Assembly: GCF_009834535.1 (NCBI RefSeq)
Contig: NC_045707.1
Coordinates: 62,374,001 to 62,438,000 of the forward strand
Length of the DNA stretch: 64,000 nt
Direction: 5' to 3'
Source: Camelus ferus
Taxonomy: Eukaryota
Shown here in pieces: positions 25,700-39,395 of the stretch. The position numbers and the translations under genes were made by a program. The notes below the pieces were generated by a model that had not been told where the DNA came from, made no database searches, and saw only the letters and a list, made by a program, of their open reading frames with translations. How positions within the stretch are numbered: position 1 is the stretch's first letter; each line of letters begins with the position of its first letter.

Positions 25700-25935
25700 T
25701 ATCTATAGTAATAATAATAATATAAAAACTATGGGCTAGGCATTTTTCCAAATATTCTGCATGTATTATACCTTATCTAATCCTCATTAACAACTCTATG
25801 TAGTGAAGTTCCTCGTATACAGAAACTGAAGCTCAGAGAGGTTCAGTAATTTGTCTGAGAACACAGCTAATAAGCACCTGGACACATACACAGTTAGCCT
25901 GGATTTGTATAGGTTTGTGCTTGTAACCACACACA
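25700..25935 (-). mobile_element. MIR SINE
   Basis: atctaatcctcattaacaactctatg...acagaaactgaagctcagagaggttcagtaatttgtctgagaacacagctaataag. Confidence 0.8.
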
Positions 25936-26379
25936 ATAATATATTTACAGTGGAAAGTTAAAGCAGAAATTGTCCTTATTTGCAACCTGGAAAAGTCATT
26001 TAGAGAACAAGTGATTTCAGCAATATTTCTCCTATTCTAGCCCTAACTCACCCTGTTCTAATACTTACAGGAGACACAAAGCTGTGTCTTCCCTTGTCAT
26101 TATTCCCCTTAATGGAGACAATCCCAAACAAGCTTTAAGAAGACCTGTAGTGCATCTCATGGTCTTGGTAAGACTGCCACTCCCTTGGCCTACATTCTGT
26201 AGGCACACAAATTGTGGAACAGATTAATCCTAAAAAGGAAGCTATAATTAGAATTAATTACCTAATTCTTCCTAAGAAACCATCAGTACTAATCTATCAT
26301 TTATAGCCTTGTTTATTTCAGAAACAACTAAAATTTCAGACTTTCCCAATCACCCATATGGTTCTCTACACATCCTAAT

Positions 26380-28640
26380 TGGATCCACTGTCCTACCATT
26401 TCCCGGCTCTTCAAACACAGTCAACAGAAAATCCCTTATATCTTTACGTGTTCTTTCTCAGTGTTTGGATCTAACTCTATAAATCTTCGACAGCCCCTGC
26501 TTTCCCTGCAGTACTCTCAAATGTGGCTGGGTTTTTTTTTTTTATCTCTACGTTATCTCCTTCAGTCATTAAAAATTTTAGTACCAGGCTCACTGTCTTC
26601 TTACCATCATGGGAAACTGCACCATCCATATAAACGGCCTCTCAAATGCCTCAGCTTCTCAGCCATTGGAAGTCGTATTTCCATAGCCGGCATAACTCCC
26701 AATGATATTTTCTTCTAAATGACTGTAGTTACCAATTTATAATAAGTGCCATTGAAAAGGGGGTACCATTTAAAACAAGTTATAAAAAACTGTGTCCCAG
26801 GGGCCATTCTCTGACCTCCAGTTCCATTTCTCCTTCTCACTTAGCCTCCCACGCCATTTTCAACAAAGCTTCGGACAGTTTGGGACTTCCATTTCACTGG
26901 AGCCTCCTTGTAGTTGTGATCTACTATCTTTTTTTTTTTTCCTTCTGCACCTTGTTTTACAACATATATTCCGTGAAACATTACTAGAAAAACACATTGG
27001 CTATATTTCTCACCAGACTGCTTCATTTCCTCTTTATCATACTCACCCAACATAAAGATGCGAGTGAGCCTCACCTACTTTCCGGGTCCTCCTTACCTCC
27101 TGGGTCAAACAGCTTTACACTCCTTTGAACTGACCAGCTTTGCCTGGTCAGTATGAATGGAAGCGGCATATGCCACTTTTGGGTGCAAACATTAGTGTGT
27201 GATTCCTCACGTTTTCTTTTTCACTGAGACAGTCACAGAAATACGCACTAGCAGGGAGGTGCCCACATCAAACGAGCACAGAAAACTGCGCTGATACAAG
27301 GTCGGCAGTGCCCTGGAGAGAACATTCTCTGGATCCATATAAGCCTTTGTATAAAGTATGTTTTTTTTTTTTTTTTTTTCTGTTATGCCAGCAAGATATT
27401 GGAGTCAATTGGACTGCTACCTGGAAAATCCCTAATCTGGTTAATCTCAGCTCAGCTTTTTTGTGCTTCTAGATGAACAGCTAGAACATGACAGGAGGAA
27501 GATCACAACCTTACTGACTAGCCTCTCCTTAAAATTTGTGACCATAAATCTCAGTTGCCCTTCCTGTATTTCCCACTATCTTCTCTCTACAATTCTTTAA
27601 GATAACCGTTTCACAATTTCCTCCTCTCCCAAATCATCTAATTTACCCCATTTCCAATTTATAGCTTATGTTTTTACTTTAGAGGATGTAGAAGGCACAA
27701 TAAAGTAAATGTCAAATTCCCTACTCCCAACCCCAAATCTACTTATCTACCTAACTATACCCATGTAGCCTACCTTCAGTCCTATTAAAGGAGAACAGCT
27801 GTTCTTGCTCCCCTCTAAGCAAACCACCCCAAGTTGCCTGGATCACAGACTCTACTCTCTCCTTATGGATAAGCTTTGTTGCTGAAATTATCTGTTCTGT
27901 TCACATAAATGTATTTTCCTTTTTATTGGATCTCTCTCAACAACATATAGACATGTAATACGTATTTTCTTAAAAAATAAAAGTTTTGACCACCTCTTCA
28001 TCCCCTTTTCTGCTACCCTGTAGAATTCCTAAAATAACTGACACCTTCAATCCCCTGCAATGTTTCTAGTCAAAGTCACCAGGGAATTTTATCTTACCAA
28101 AACAAATGATTAACTTCAGGCCTTAATTCACCCAGTTAGCCAAATTCTTAATCATAGTTTATATATTTGCTCATTTCCTTCTTCCCTCCAGAAAGATTTT
28201 CTAAAAAAATTATCTTCAGGGACATCATGATATTAATCTTACTTCTAAATTGCTGTCTTTCGTCAGTTTTTTCTCCTAGATCCTCTTTCTTTTGCTTGAA
28301 ATGTTACAGTATTACAAGGCTTAGTTAAAGACCTTTTCCTTTTTTGTCTTCTTCACCCACACTCACTCCTTACATGCTCTTAGCTGGTCCTGTGCTTTTA
28401 ATATGTCTATAAAATTTGTATTTCTATCTTAAACACAAGTTTCTGAACCAGATCTGAAATTCCCTGTTAGATGTCTGTACTCAGATGCCTAATAAGGATC
28501 TTACATTTAATGTGTCCAAATCACGTTTTACTTAACTCACACATTCCTGAGTCTTATCCATCTCTGTAAATAGGGTCATCGGCTACCCTGCTGCTCAGAC
28601 CAAAACCTAGAAGTCATCTTTGTTTCTCTAATTCTCCTTG
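26380..28640 (+). mobile_element. Long fragmented L2 LINE
   Basis: CT-rich sense L2 motifs: tagtcaaagtcaccagggaattttatcttaccaaaacaaatg, tcagatgcctaataaggatcttacatttaatgtgtccaaa, tgctcagaccaaaacctagaagtcatcttt. Confidence 0.65.
27125..27420 (+). mobile_element. MLT1-like LTR fragment inside L2
   Basis: ggaagcggcatatgccacttttggg and the 3' motif tgttatgccagcaagatattggag. Confidence 0.4.
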
Positions 28641-28939
28641 GGCCAGTAGGCAAACCAAAGTAAGCTCTTCCCATTATGAAGGCAGTTATGGAGGAGAAAG
28701 AGTGGAAATCTACGATGCTTCTTAAGGACCATGCTTGTAGTTGGTACTCTGTTACTTCTGCCTAAAAACCATTGGCCAAAAATAATTGAAATGACAAGCT
28801 TATAGCTAAGGAGTCAAAATTTGGCCCAACAATTTAATCCACCACATGATACATCCACCATTGGTAAAACTGTTTATGAGTTAAAATATTATTGAATTTC
28901 TAAGCAAAAACAAACAACGCTTTTTTAATAGGTTTTTAC

Positions 28940-29135
28940 ATATGTAAAGCATTTTCACATGCATAGTTATCCACATTATCCCATTTTATCCCCAGGCAAC
29001 ACTGCAATATGCACATTTTCACCATTTTACAAATGAGAAAACTAAGTATTAGAGAGATAAAATGTCATTTCTCAAATCACTCAGTTGAATAAAGGTACTG
29101 GAATCCACTACTTACTCTGTTTAGATTCTTACCAT
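28940..29135 (-). mobile_element. MIR SINE
   Basis: ccattttacaaatgagaaaactaagtattagagagataaaatgtcatttctcaaatcactcag. Confidence 0.7.
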
Positions 29136-30124
29136 CTCCTCCCTCTTTCTCTACTGCATCATAATGTCTCCGTAACTTATTAAAACAAGACAAAACAAAC
29201 TTTGGAATAGAATGTGTTGCAAATTGCCTACATCTGAACAAAATGTTGCATACTTAGTGACAAGTATGTATTCATATTACTGATAAAACGGGGTCTTACA
29301 AATTTCACAGTGATTCTCATGGTCAACTTTGATGGATGATGCTGTAACTATTACATTCAAATCCTTTGACAACATCACTGCCAAATCAATGTCCTTTCCA
29401 ATGTATCATGTATGAAGTCTGGAAGAGATTACAAAATAAAAGCACCCAATATTTTCAAAGTTTTATCATGATGATACTCGGGTCTAGAAGCTAGACAGTA
29501 AAATGGGACTTTATTTGTTTTTTTTTTTTGGTAGTCAAATGGTATATCAAAAGATTAGACTTTGGGCTGAAACACAAAGTTCTGTCCCTGTTCTGGTCCT
29601 TATCTTAGCAATTATTTAATAAAACTTACTGGGATCCTTTTGGTAGATAATTTTTTTGCCATTTGAGGAAGATTTATGATATAGAATTTTTCAATAAAGG
29701 ACATCATTTTCTAATGTAGTGAAAAATGGCAAAGTTTGTCATGTTTTAACCACAAAGAAATGGCTGTATTTATCATCAAATCTGCATCATAGTGAAAAAG
29801 GGAAGAGGGATCTCTTACAAGCATACTTACACTAAAGGGTCCCAACTGGCTCTCTCCCCTGCTCTTCACCTGAGCTTTTCAGGCAGTTCAGCTATGCTGA
29901 CTATCAAGGGAGTAGACCAGGACTTAGGGACAACCGCTCTGTGGCTAGAGACACAATGGTAAGAGACTTAAAGTTTTGCACCATTTTCTTATTTTAACAT
30001 TTTGCTCTTTTCCATTGTTTAAAGGTGAAGTTCTTATCATCGTGCTAAACCTTGGCTCTGCTCTGGAGTACAATTCACAAAGTTGCTTGAAAAATTCTTT
30101 TTAAGTGTAGTTAAATCCATGATT

Positions 30125-30222
30125 TAAAGGATCAGTCATGTTGTTTCCCGTAATGTTCACATTACCTACCCAGTGTCTGACACCTGCTAAGCAGTTATAA
30201 ATATTTAATGAATTAAATCAAT
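30125..30222 (+). mobile_element. L2 3' tail
   Basis: cctacccagtgtctgacacctgctaagcagttataaatatttaatgaattaaat. Confidence 0.6.
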
Positions 30223-31124
30223 TAACTTGTGTGAAGTTTTCATTAAGGAATAAAGAATAGTCTAGTTGATATTATTAGTGTTATGCTTTAAAAAAAGAAA
30301 AATTATAAAGGAAAATAAAACTTAAACAGGTTTCAAAATTTATCTTAGTTTTCATGAATTACAAAAAATTTAGAATTCTTGAATAAATGAAAGAAATAGT
30401 TTCCTTGAAGGGATAAATGTGATTACTTATGAAACTTGGAAAAAGATATAAAACATAAAGCTCTGATAGCACTGTTGTGTAAAATGACTCCAGTAGGAAA
30501 AAAGAAAACTCAGAAGAAGAAAAAAAATCATAGATCTGTTTTATATTAAAATCAATAATAAAGAAAAATGTCTTCAAAAGCAAAGAAAGCAATTTTGAGA
30601 GTTCAGACAATCCATTAAAAATGGGAAAAATTGGAAAAAGCATCAATTTTTCACATAAAGATATATTTGTGTACATACGATTCACATCTAAAATACATTG
30701 TTATAAACAGATGAGTACTTAGTGCTTGAAAACTTAGGTTCAGATCCTATCTCGAACATTGCTTGATTCAGTAATTTATAATGCATCACCCAAAAATCAC
30801 GAGCTAGACTTTTCTCACGTAAAAGATAAAACAATTAACCCAATTTTTACACAAGATTATGCAGATACAAAGATCTTTACATAGACTATAAAAAATCTTC
30901 GAACCTATTTTCTCATTTGAAGATTACTCAAGGTTGCATTTCACAAGTGAGATAATAAATTTAAAGGTATTTTATACCAGAAATCATTTCATATCTATAG
31001 TATACTTTTGTTATTTTATCATATTTCAACCTTCATATTTTCAAATAATAAAGTTAAGGGTTGTTTAAAGAAGCATTACTATTATCATGGAATTGAAACG
31101 AAATTTGTCAATGACTTCTGATTA

Positions 31125-31612
31125 TACTTGGAATAAAATCTAAATTCCCTACCTAACTCACTGATTCTTACATACTCACACCCAGCCTTCTCTATTTTTC
31201 AATGTATAATGTTTCTCTATTGCTCACTACTATCTAGCAAAACTAGTCTTTTTCAGAGGGTCTTAACAATGCTGATTTTATTCCCACTTTAGTAGCTTGC
31301 TTTAGGGTTTATCTTTGATGGCTGGCTCCTGGTCATGTTAAACATTAGCCCTTCCCTAATGACCTCATCTAAATTAGCATTCATTCACTCTATCCAATCA
31401 CCTTACTTTAATCCTCTGTAGGATTAAATCCTCATCAACACCTGATATTTTCCTGTGTCTTCATTTACTTTTTCTTATTCATTGTTAACCTTCTTCCTCT
31501 AGGATTTGTCTCCGTGAATGTAGGAACTTTGCGTTTGTTCCTCATCACAGAAAACTGTATCTAGAGCGGTGTCTGGCAGAGCTTGTTCTCAGCATATGTT
31601 TATTAAATAATC
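31125..31612 (+). mobile_element. L2 3' portion
   Basis: tgctcactactatctagcaaaactagtctt...ctccgtgaatgtaggaactttg...tctagagcggtgtctggcagag...tatgtttattaaataa. Confidence 0.75.
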
Positions 31613-32439
31613 ATAAAGAACTTCCAAGCTCAACACTTCTATTTGCGTTGGGGACCGGAGTTTCAACTCTTTGTCCAAGATACACAGCCAGTTTCTTGGA
31701 TCTGGGTTGTTACCGCCCTACTTTACCATGCTAATTAGTACTAATTAACTCTTTTATTGATTTCCTTATCAAAATTTCATGTTCAAGCTTACTAACAGCA
31801 TAAATCTACTATATTTCTGTAAAGTTGAGAAATATTTCCAGAATTCTTAGAAAAGAGCAGGCATCCTGCTGACCAAATAAAAAGGAATGCTGACAAGTTG
31901 ATCTGGATCAATCATCCCCTCAAGTAATAGAGGCAAAAAAGCATTCATACAAAAGAAGTACTGTCAGCCAGAAGAGTCCTAAAGGCACCTAAAACTCCAC
32001 ATGGGGAAGTGACATTGGAAAGAGTTGTATCAAAAGGCTTACTGATTTTTATGATTCCAAAGTGTTGTTTCTAGTAATTTCAGCACAGGCATTAAAAACT
32101 GAACAAAGAATGGTCACGGTTTCTGATGGCTATTTAAAGACAAGATAAAAGTCCATAGTAAAAAAATATTGACAAAAAAGGTCAAGGAAAACAGTCACCT
32201 TACATTAGGAAGAACCAAATGCATAAATACTCATCCACTCACTTTGAGTGTGAAAGAAAAAATGGAAAGTTACCAATTGTTGAAACATTTTAACTTAAAT
32301 CTGATGTGTATCAAACATTTTTATAATATTTAATAGTTTATAAAACCAAGTTATTTTCATTCTCAAATTTAATTCTCAATTCTTTGTAAATAATATCTTT
32401 AATTTCCCTTATAAAAATGAAGGTAGTACTTAAGCTCTG

Positions 32440-33830
32440 AGACATAGAGTTTGGAGGTTACCACTCCTGCCCTTAAAACAAGAAAAAGCTGGACAAGCAA
32501 ACAGACAACAATCAATGACTTTTCTTGGACTCAACCGAAGAGCTGAAGTCACCCTGAAATCTGGAAAGACACGCACATCCAGAGAGATATAAGACCCAAG
32601 ATTTGCTTACTTGGAACAGAAGCTGCTGGGCACCACAGGCTGGGAGCAACAGTGGGCAATTACTTAATTGGTCATTTTGATCAATTCTTGGCAGCTGAGT
32701 ATTGGCTAGTGTGCAACTGAGCAAATCCTGGGGCAACAGTCACAGTTGGGCCTCACACTTTTATTAGCTTTCCCTCCAGGAACGCCACTGGGTTCTCATG
32801 ATTAGGATCCAAGGCTGATCCTCCTTGTGGTCCTGGCAGTGGGAAGAGAAAAGCAGCCAGTGTGAAACCCTCCCAGGTTCTTCTCCCTAATAAAGGCCCG
32901 CTCTCCAGGGGAAAGATGCCATCACAGTGAGCAGTACTGAAACCTCACCCCAGTGAGGGTAAGGGAACTCCAGTTCCACAATAACCTGCTACAGCCTTCC
33001 TGACTCAACTAAGAGGACAAATCCATAGACAACAGGGAGAGAGATTCAAGTGAACAGACCGTGAACACTGCAGTGAAGGAGGAAAGTGATGAAAAGGGCA
33101 TAAAAAGCTAGACCCTTTAGGGGAGACAGAAACACCTGTGAAGGCTACACTCCTGAACAGCAGGCTCATGAGACTGTGACTTCATCAGAGAATTGTAGAA
33201 GACTCCTCCTCCTCACACCTTACCACCATGTCAGCAGTTCTCCAGCATAGCAGCAGCGGATCACAGCTGCAAGGTGTCCCTTAGGGAGGCCTCTTCCCGA
33301 AGGAGCAGTACAAAGCCAACAAGGGAGACCAAAATCAGGACACTCGGGGAATTTGAAGTCTCTGATACCTATAACTAGCAAACATTGGATGCATCCCAAC
33401 TCTTAGACAGGTTAACGTAAATCCTCACAATGAAGGTCTATTTACCAGTTTCCACCACCCAGTAAAACACTGCAAAACATGTCAAAAGGCAAGAAACCAT
33501 AAAGTCCGAAGAGAAAAAAGCAATCATCAGAACCTGACTAGGACATGACATGGACGTTGTCATTTACCAGATAGTGAACTTAAAATAATTATGGTTAGTA
33601 TGTTAAGCCTTTAATGGGCAAAGTAAACAATGCAAGACCAGATGTCTCATGCAAACAGAAAGGTGGAAACTATAAGAAATAATCAAAAGGAAATTCTGTA
33701 AATCAAAAACATAGTATCATAAATGAATAATGTTTTTGACAGGCTCATCCCTGAGTAGACTCAATAGAGCTGAGGAGAGAATCAGTGAGCTAGAAGATAA
33801 CTCAAAAGAAACTTTCCAAACTAAAATGAT
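32440..33830 (+). mobile_element. L1M (L1MC/MD-type) 5'UTR and ORF1 start, 3'-truncated
   Basis: 5' motif aatcaatgactttttcttggac...caccctgaaatctggaaagac, and ORF1 coiled-coil sequence gagtagactcaatagagctgaggagagaatcagtgagctagaagata. Confidence 0.8.
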
Positions 33831-34294
33831 GAGGATGTTTAAACAACCTTAACAATTCTCGTACAAAAGTAAAGAGCTGGCTTTTACCCTCAGTTCCCAA
33901 TATCCAAATTCTACTGCCTGCTTTTATCTTTAATTATCTGCTCTTGTCTAGTTAGAATAATTACCTAGCAAAAACAAACAATGTGATAAAGTATTTGAAA
34001 TAATAATTTACTTGAACCTTTTGTAATTTTCTATAATTTAAAAATAAATCCATGGTTTCACTAGCATAGAGATTCTGACACAATATCAGTTATATGAATG
34101 GTAAGAAATTTAATTTGATTTGTGTTCTCTCAGATTTACATTAGTATCAATTTTATTAACCAAGAAATCACCAAGACCAGGGCACATGGAAAGACCTGAA
34201 TGGATATCCATTTAACAGCTAAATGTAACTCTGGAAGAAGAAAAAAAATATATCAAAAGCCATTAATTAGCTAATTATTTTCCTCATTTTAATT

Positions 34295-34470
34295 TCACTC
34301 AACAAATAGTTACTTTATGCCTACTTTGAATCAGAGGTTCTGCGGCTTCCTGATTTAACAATTACATATTAACACAGATAAAAACTCATGGTACCCGTCC
34401 TTGAACTGGTTACAGTCAAGTGAGGTGGGGGATAACTGGGTGGATTGTGATGCTGTCTCTTAAAGTACAT
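34295..34470 (-). mobile_element. L2 3' tail fragment
   Basis: ttcactcaacaaatagttactttatgcctactttg...cccgtccttgaactggttacagtc. Confidence 0.6.
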
Positions 34471-34579
34471 AATAAAGCAGGTTCTGAAATATGGGACGAA
34501 ATATAAAACCCAGAAAATTGAAACCAGCTGTATCATTGCTAGAGTGACCTTGGTAGGAACAGATAACAATACAAAAGGT

Positions 34580-35000
34580 GAAATCCCCTTCTCCACATTC
34601 CAGACTTTCAGACTATAAAAATCCTCTATTGCTAGAACCTACCAGGAATCCCTCTGGCGAAGGGGGAATGAAGCTTTGCTGAGTCCCAGTCCCCGCCACA
34701 AAGTAAAGGATGGGTCTGGAACTGAGAGACAAGAACTTAAACGCCAGCACAGTCCACCTCTCCAATGACCAATTTAGTATCTAGACACTCTCTTCTACCA
34801 TAGTTGACCTTCAAGACACAAAAAACCAAAAATGCTTTCTCTTAACCAGATATAACTACCCTTTCATAAGAACAAAGGTACTCTCATCCTCTTTCAAAGT
34901 CCAAACACATTATTTCCATCTCTGGGTGATAGGTACGGCATCCTTGTCTAAATAATGCTAGGTGCCCCCTGAAGCGGTAACAGTTCTGCTTTTAGTAACC
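34580..35000 (-). mobile_element. Possible old LTR end plus MaLR/ERVL internal fragment
   Basis: ggatgggtctggaactgagagacaa...ccagcacagtccacc resembles an LTR-internal junction. Confidence 0.35.
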
Positions 35001-37229
35001 TAAGGGCTGAATTATAAAATTAAATACCAATAGCAATCTTTGTATAAAATAATGAGGAAGAAAAGAAGGGCGAGGGGGAGTGGAAGAAAGTGAAGATGAA
35101 GACAGTAAATAAACACAACTGAATATATAACAACCAAAGAAGAAAATCTTCATAGCAGCTGAAATTCTGATTTCTATAGCATGTCACAAAGTCAGTTTCC
35201 ATTGACCTTTTCCTTCTTCTAGGATCCATTTGCCTTCAGTGAGAGCTTCAGCTGGTCAGGGTCTTTGCCTCACTGAGTGACGTATACCTTTATTACTGAA
35301 TGTTTTGAATACTTGGTGTTTTTTGACTTTTTATGCAACTTCTAGTATTTGATATAGAAGTAATAAGAGGTGCCTAGCAGAATAGCCTGTAATTCAAACC
35401 TTGTTTTCCCTTTGACCACATTGTGAGTGGTTAGCAGATGTATGTTCAGTCAGATAAAATTTTCAATAAAAAATTGTTTTTTACTTTTTTTGCGTTCTTC
35501 TTGTGTTCTATAGTTACAAAGTTAGGCTTAGAGAAAACCAGAAAAAAAAGTTTTTTAAAAACTGGTTAATAACAGATGGTATGGAAGGAAAAAAATCAAG
35601 TAGAGAGCCATCCTCTATCTAATGAAACACAACAACTTCTTTTCTTATATTGATTGGATGCTATTTGTTTACCAAAAAACGGAGACCTTTTTGCACCTTT
35701 TTCTACTTCTATTCCAGGAAAGTGAGCCCAAAAGTGCTGACACAATCTTTTTATTTTCATTTTTATTTTTCTTCCTTTTAAACATGGTTTTATGTGACAG
35801 GTCAAGACTATGGGTTACAGAACAAGATTCCAAAGAAATGAAAAAATGAACTATATACAATCTCAGTGGCCTCTTGAGGCTTTTCAGAATTAAGGTCAAC
35901 CCCAAAACCCCATCTGTGCTTATTACCTCTATCACCCGTTGTTAAAACAAGCCCGCAATCTGCTTTTCTCTCTTCTTTCTGCCCCGTAGAGATTGCTGTC
36001 ACTGCACTTTCTATTCCCTCCCTCCTCATAGCATTATGACTTTGAGGTCCAGAAAGGAGGTGATTTACTCCCCTCAACACCCTAGAAAATGTCAACAAGC
36101 TCTCCTGTTGGAGCCAGTCTCAGAGAACAAAGGTCCACCGTGTATTCTGGTGGCTATCCCTAAACAATGCAACAATCAATTCCCATGAACAAGATGAGCA
36201 GTAGCCCCAAACAGTGACCATGTAAACATGTGGGGAGAAAAATAAAGGAAAAACACACCTAAGGGCAGAAATCAACCATATAAATTTTTGACCTTTTATC
36301 TTCTAAATGCCAGGTAGGAATCCTTGTAAGATATATGGATTTAATGAATAGTTGTTGATAAGAACTGAGTTGAAGTACTGCAGGGTGAATCTACTAAGTT
36401 CATTTTTTTCAATAATCTATTTCCTTTATGTGTAGTAGGGTTAAGAGGGAAGGGAGAGTTGAACTATAAGATCATGTAATTATATGATCTTTTGTGATAT
36501 CCACAATTAAATTCACATAATTCAATCTCTTCAAATTGTAGCTGAGTGTTAATTTACTCCATACTTTTGCATTTTTGAAGCAAGTTATATAAAAAGATTT
36601 ATGATAAATGTGTTTCTTTTTCTATGGTTGAATTTTCAAAATTATTTCACATAAAAATTATACACAGTGATTTCAGCTTAGATTCATGATAAAGAAAATA
36701 TTCAGGCATTCATAATCACTTTGATATTACTTTAAATACAAATTGATAATCATGTATGGAGTGAGAACTCACACATTTCTCATAAACCCGTTTAGATGAT
36801 AACAACTTTGAGTTGATTGCCTAAAGAATAAGAAAGTGTGAAAGTAGTTCAGAAAACATATCAATTACTTGCTTTTTATTCTTTCTTACATAACCTGAAT
36901 GAAGACTTTCTTTTAGGAAATTTACTCCAGTTAGTGGAAGAAAAAGTACACACTGCTGATGTATCAAGAGAGCTATTTAGTTTTTCTCCAGGGAACTGTT
37001 TGATAAAATGATGAATATCTACTCATGCTGTATCTATAGCACTGCCAATGTTACACCTGCCTAGCTAGGTGTTTTCTTTAATTTTTAGGTGTAAATATTT
37101 ATCTGTCTGCTTCTTGAATCTTCCATAAATATTCAATAAGGTGACTTTTTTTTTTTAGAGTCTTTTAAATTAAGTTTGTTCATAACTTTCAACAATAATC
37201 ATTGTTACGTTTCACCAAACATTTCTGGC

Positions 37230-37790
37230 TCATCTTCTAAGTCAATGGAAGAATTGCACTCTTCTGCCCCAACATAATTTTCGGCCGATGCAATGGAGCA
37301 AAGTGACTTGTGTCCCTCGTGGGCAGGGGCTTTAAGAGTGAGTGCATGAATATATGGTTCTGTTCTTCCCTTTTCCTAGACGCAGTCTTGTCTTGCCTGG
37401 ATCCTTTTATAAGTACAGTTGACCCTTGAATGACATGGGTTTGAACTGTGAGGGTCCACTTACACATGGGTCTTTTTCAACAGTAAATACTACAGTACTA
37501 CACAATCCATGGTGGGTTGAATTCGTGGGTGTTGGGTGTGGAACATGGAATATGAGAAACTGCAAATGGAGGGTGGACTATAAATTATACTTGGATTTTC
37601 AACTGCAGGGAGGTCAGTGCCCCTAATTCCCACATTGTTCAAGGGTCAACTGTATGGAAAGTAGAACTTCCTGCCATCTGTTTTGGGAACACATAAGTAG
37701 CAGGTGATAAATTTTGATTATATTAAGTTATAGAAATTCAGAGGCTATATTTTTCCAAAGTATAACCTATAACTTTATCTTAACGGACAC
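37230..37790 (+). mobile_element. MLT1I/J-like solo LTR interrupted by a Tigger MITE
   Basis: ggaagaattgcactcttctgcccc...ggctttaagagtgagtgcatga, and 3' end ccaaagtataacctataactttatcttaacggacaca. Confidence 0.6.
37416..37652. mobile_element. Tigger2-derived MITE (Tigger2a-like, TcMar), complete
   Basis: Perfect 15-bp terminal inverted repeats CAGTTGACCCTTGAA / TTCAAGGGTCAACTG, flanked by TA at 37414-15 and 37653-54. Length is 237 bp. Confidence 0.95.
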
Positions 37791-38854
37791 ATATAAATAT
37801 CCTATTTGATTATTTTCTTTGGAAAATGTTGACATAAAATGTGCAGTTGCCTTTTCTATGCTATATGCTCTAAACTTTGGTTAAAGAATGGGTACAAGGG
37901 CTAAGCAAAAAATGAAGGGACAGGAAGTTGAGTGAAATAAGGGGGAGATATTGAGGACAATACAGAAGTATTATATTGTCTTAACAATTACAGTAAAGTT
38001 AGTAAGAGCTTATGTGATCTACCATAATTATGATGACTAAAAATGCCTGGTGTAAATTCATAAACTCAACCATAAATTTCAACCATAAATTTGAAAGTCC
38101 ATTCCTCCACTAATGCTTCCTCATGTAACTATTGCCACTGTGCATGCTATTTGAACATTTCAAAATCCATCCATCTGAAAGGCAGTAAGGAATTTGATTC
38201 AGAAACACCTTACTCTGTACTATGGATCTCATGCCTCCAAATAAAATAGTGTTTATAAGGTTACTAGACATATAGAATGCAATGTCTTCTCAGGAGAAAC
38301 GACTCATGTTTATTTTGGATATTTATACCAGCTTCCATCTCCTGAAGGAGGAGAAGTAGAGAATTTGCTAGATTACAGCAAATATTAAAGTAATGCCCAA
38401 TAGTAGAATAAAAGTCAAGTTGAAAAGAGACCTTTGTTAAAAAAAAAAAAGAAAAAAGAAAAAAGAAAGAAAAGAGACCTTTGCTGAAGCTGAATCCAGT
38501 GTACACTTGATTGATAGACTTATAAAACAGGGAACTAGCAATAAAATAACCCAAGTATTATAAAGAATTTTACATATGGTAATCTCCTTACTGCAGCAGG
38601 GTTCCATCAGAATCCTTCATTTTCTCCCCATCAGATTTCTGTCTCTCAGGTCTGTCACTGCTAAGAGGACATAGGAGTGTCTTGTATAGCATTTCCATCT
38701 CCCAGATTTAATCACTGCCATTTGTTCACAATGTGTCTAGTAAGTATATTTAGTTTCTAACTCTTTCCCTTAGGATACTGTTTTAAGTTTTTTTTAACTC
38801 ACTGAGTAAATGTTAAGTTATTGATTGAAATAAATATGAACCATTATTTTTAAG

Positions 38855-39395
38855 CTGAAAGGCAGTAAATTATAAAGGTCAAAAGAACAGTCTTTTGTGT
38901 TAGAACTATTTGAATGCCATTCTTAACACTTAATAAAAAATCTGTATTTTGAATCAGGGCTTGAAATTTTTAAGTTTTAGTTAAATTATCTTTAGGATAA
39001 TGATGAAAATTGTAATGATGTTAATAGTATTTACTTCATATTTTTATGATAATAAATAAGATGTTACATATGTAACTAGAGATGTTAGGTAGAATAGTTA
39101 ACAGCTGTTAAATTTGAATTTCAAATGAATAATAATATTTTAATATTTTAATATAAGCATGTCCCAAATATATGAACATACTTACACTAAAAAAAAACAG
39201 TGAAGCACACTAATACAAATATAAATATACATACACTTTATTAAACTTTTTATCTGGATTCAGAATTAACAGGAATTAATTATATTTTTATTTTCTAGAT
39301 TTGGGAACCATATACATAACCTCAACACAGTTTGTAATGTATGATATTAGCAAAGTGATAACTGCTACTGCTATTATGATTACTATTATTATTAT
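38855..39395 (+). mobile_element. MIR SINE split by MER53
   Basis: Degenerate MIR head and core at 38855-39075, with an (ATT)n-like tail at 39315-39395. Confidence 0.5.
39077..39313. mobile_element. MER53 palindromic DNA transposon
   Basis: gttaaatttgaatttcaaatgaa...atataagcatgtcccaaata...acatacttacactaaaaaa...tttatctggattcagaattaac...gatttgggaacc. Confidence 0.8.

Noticed and set aside
38066..38091. 13-bp tandem duplication tcaaccataaatt
   Set aside because: An ordinary slippage duplication.
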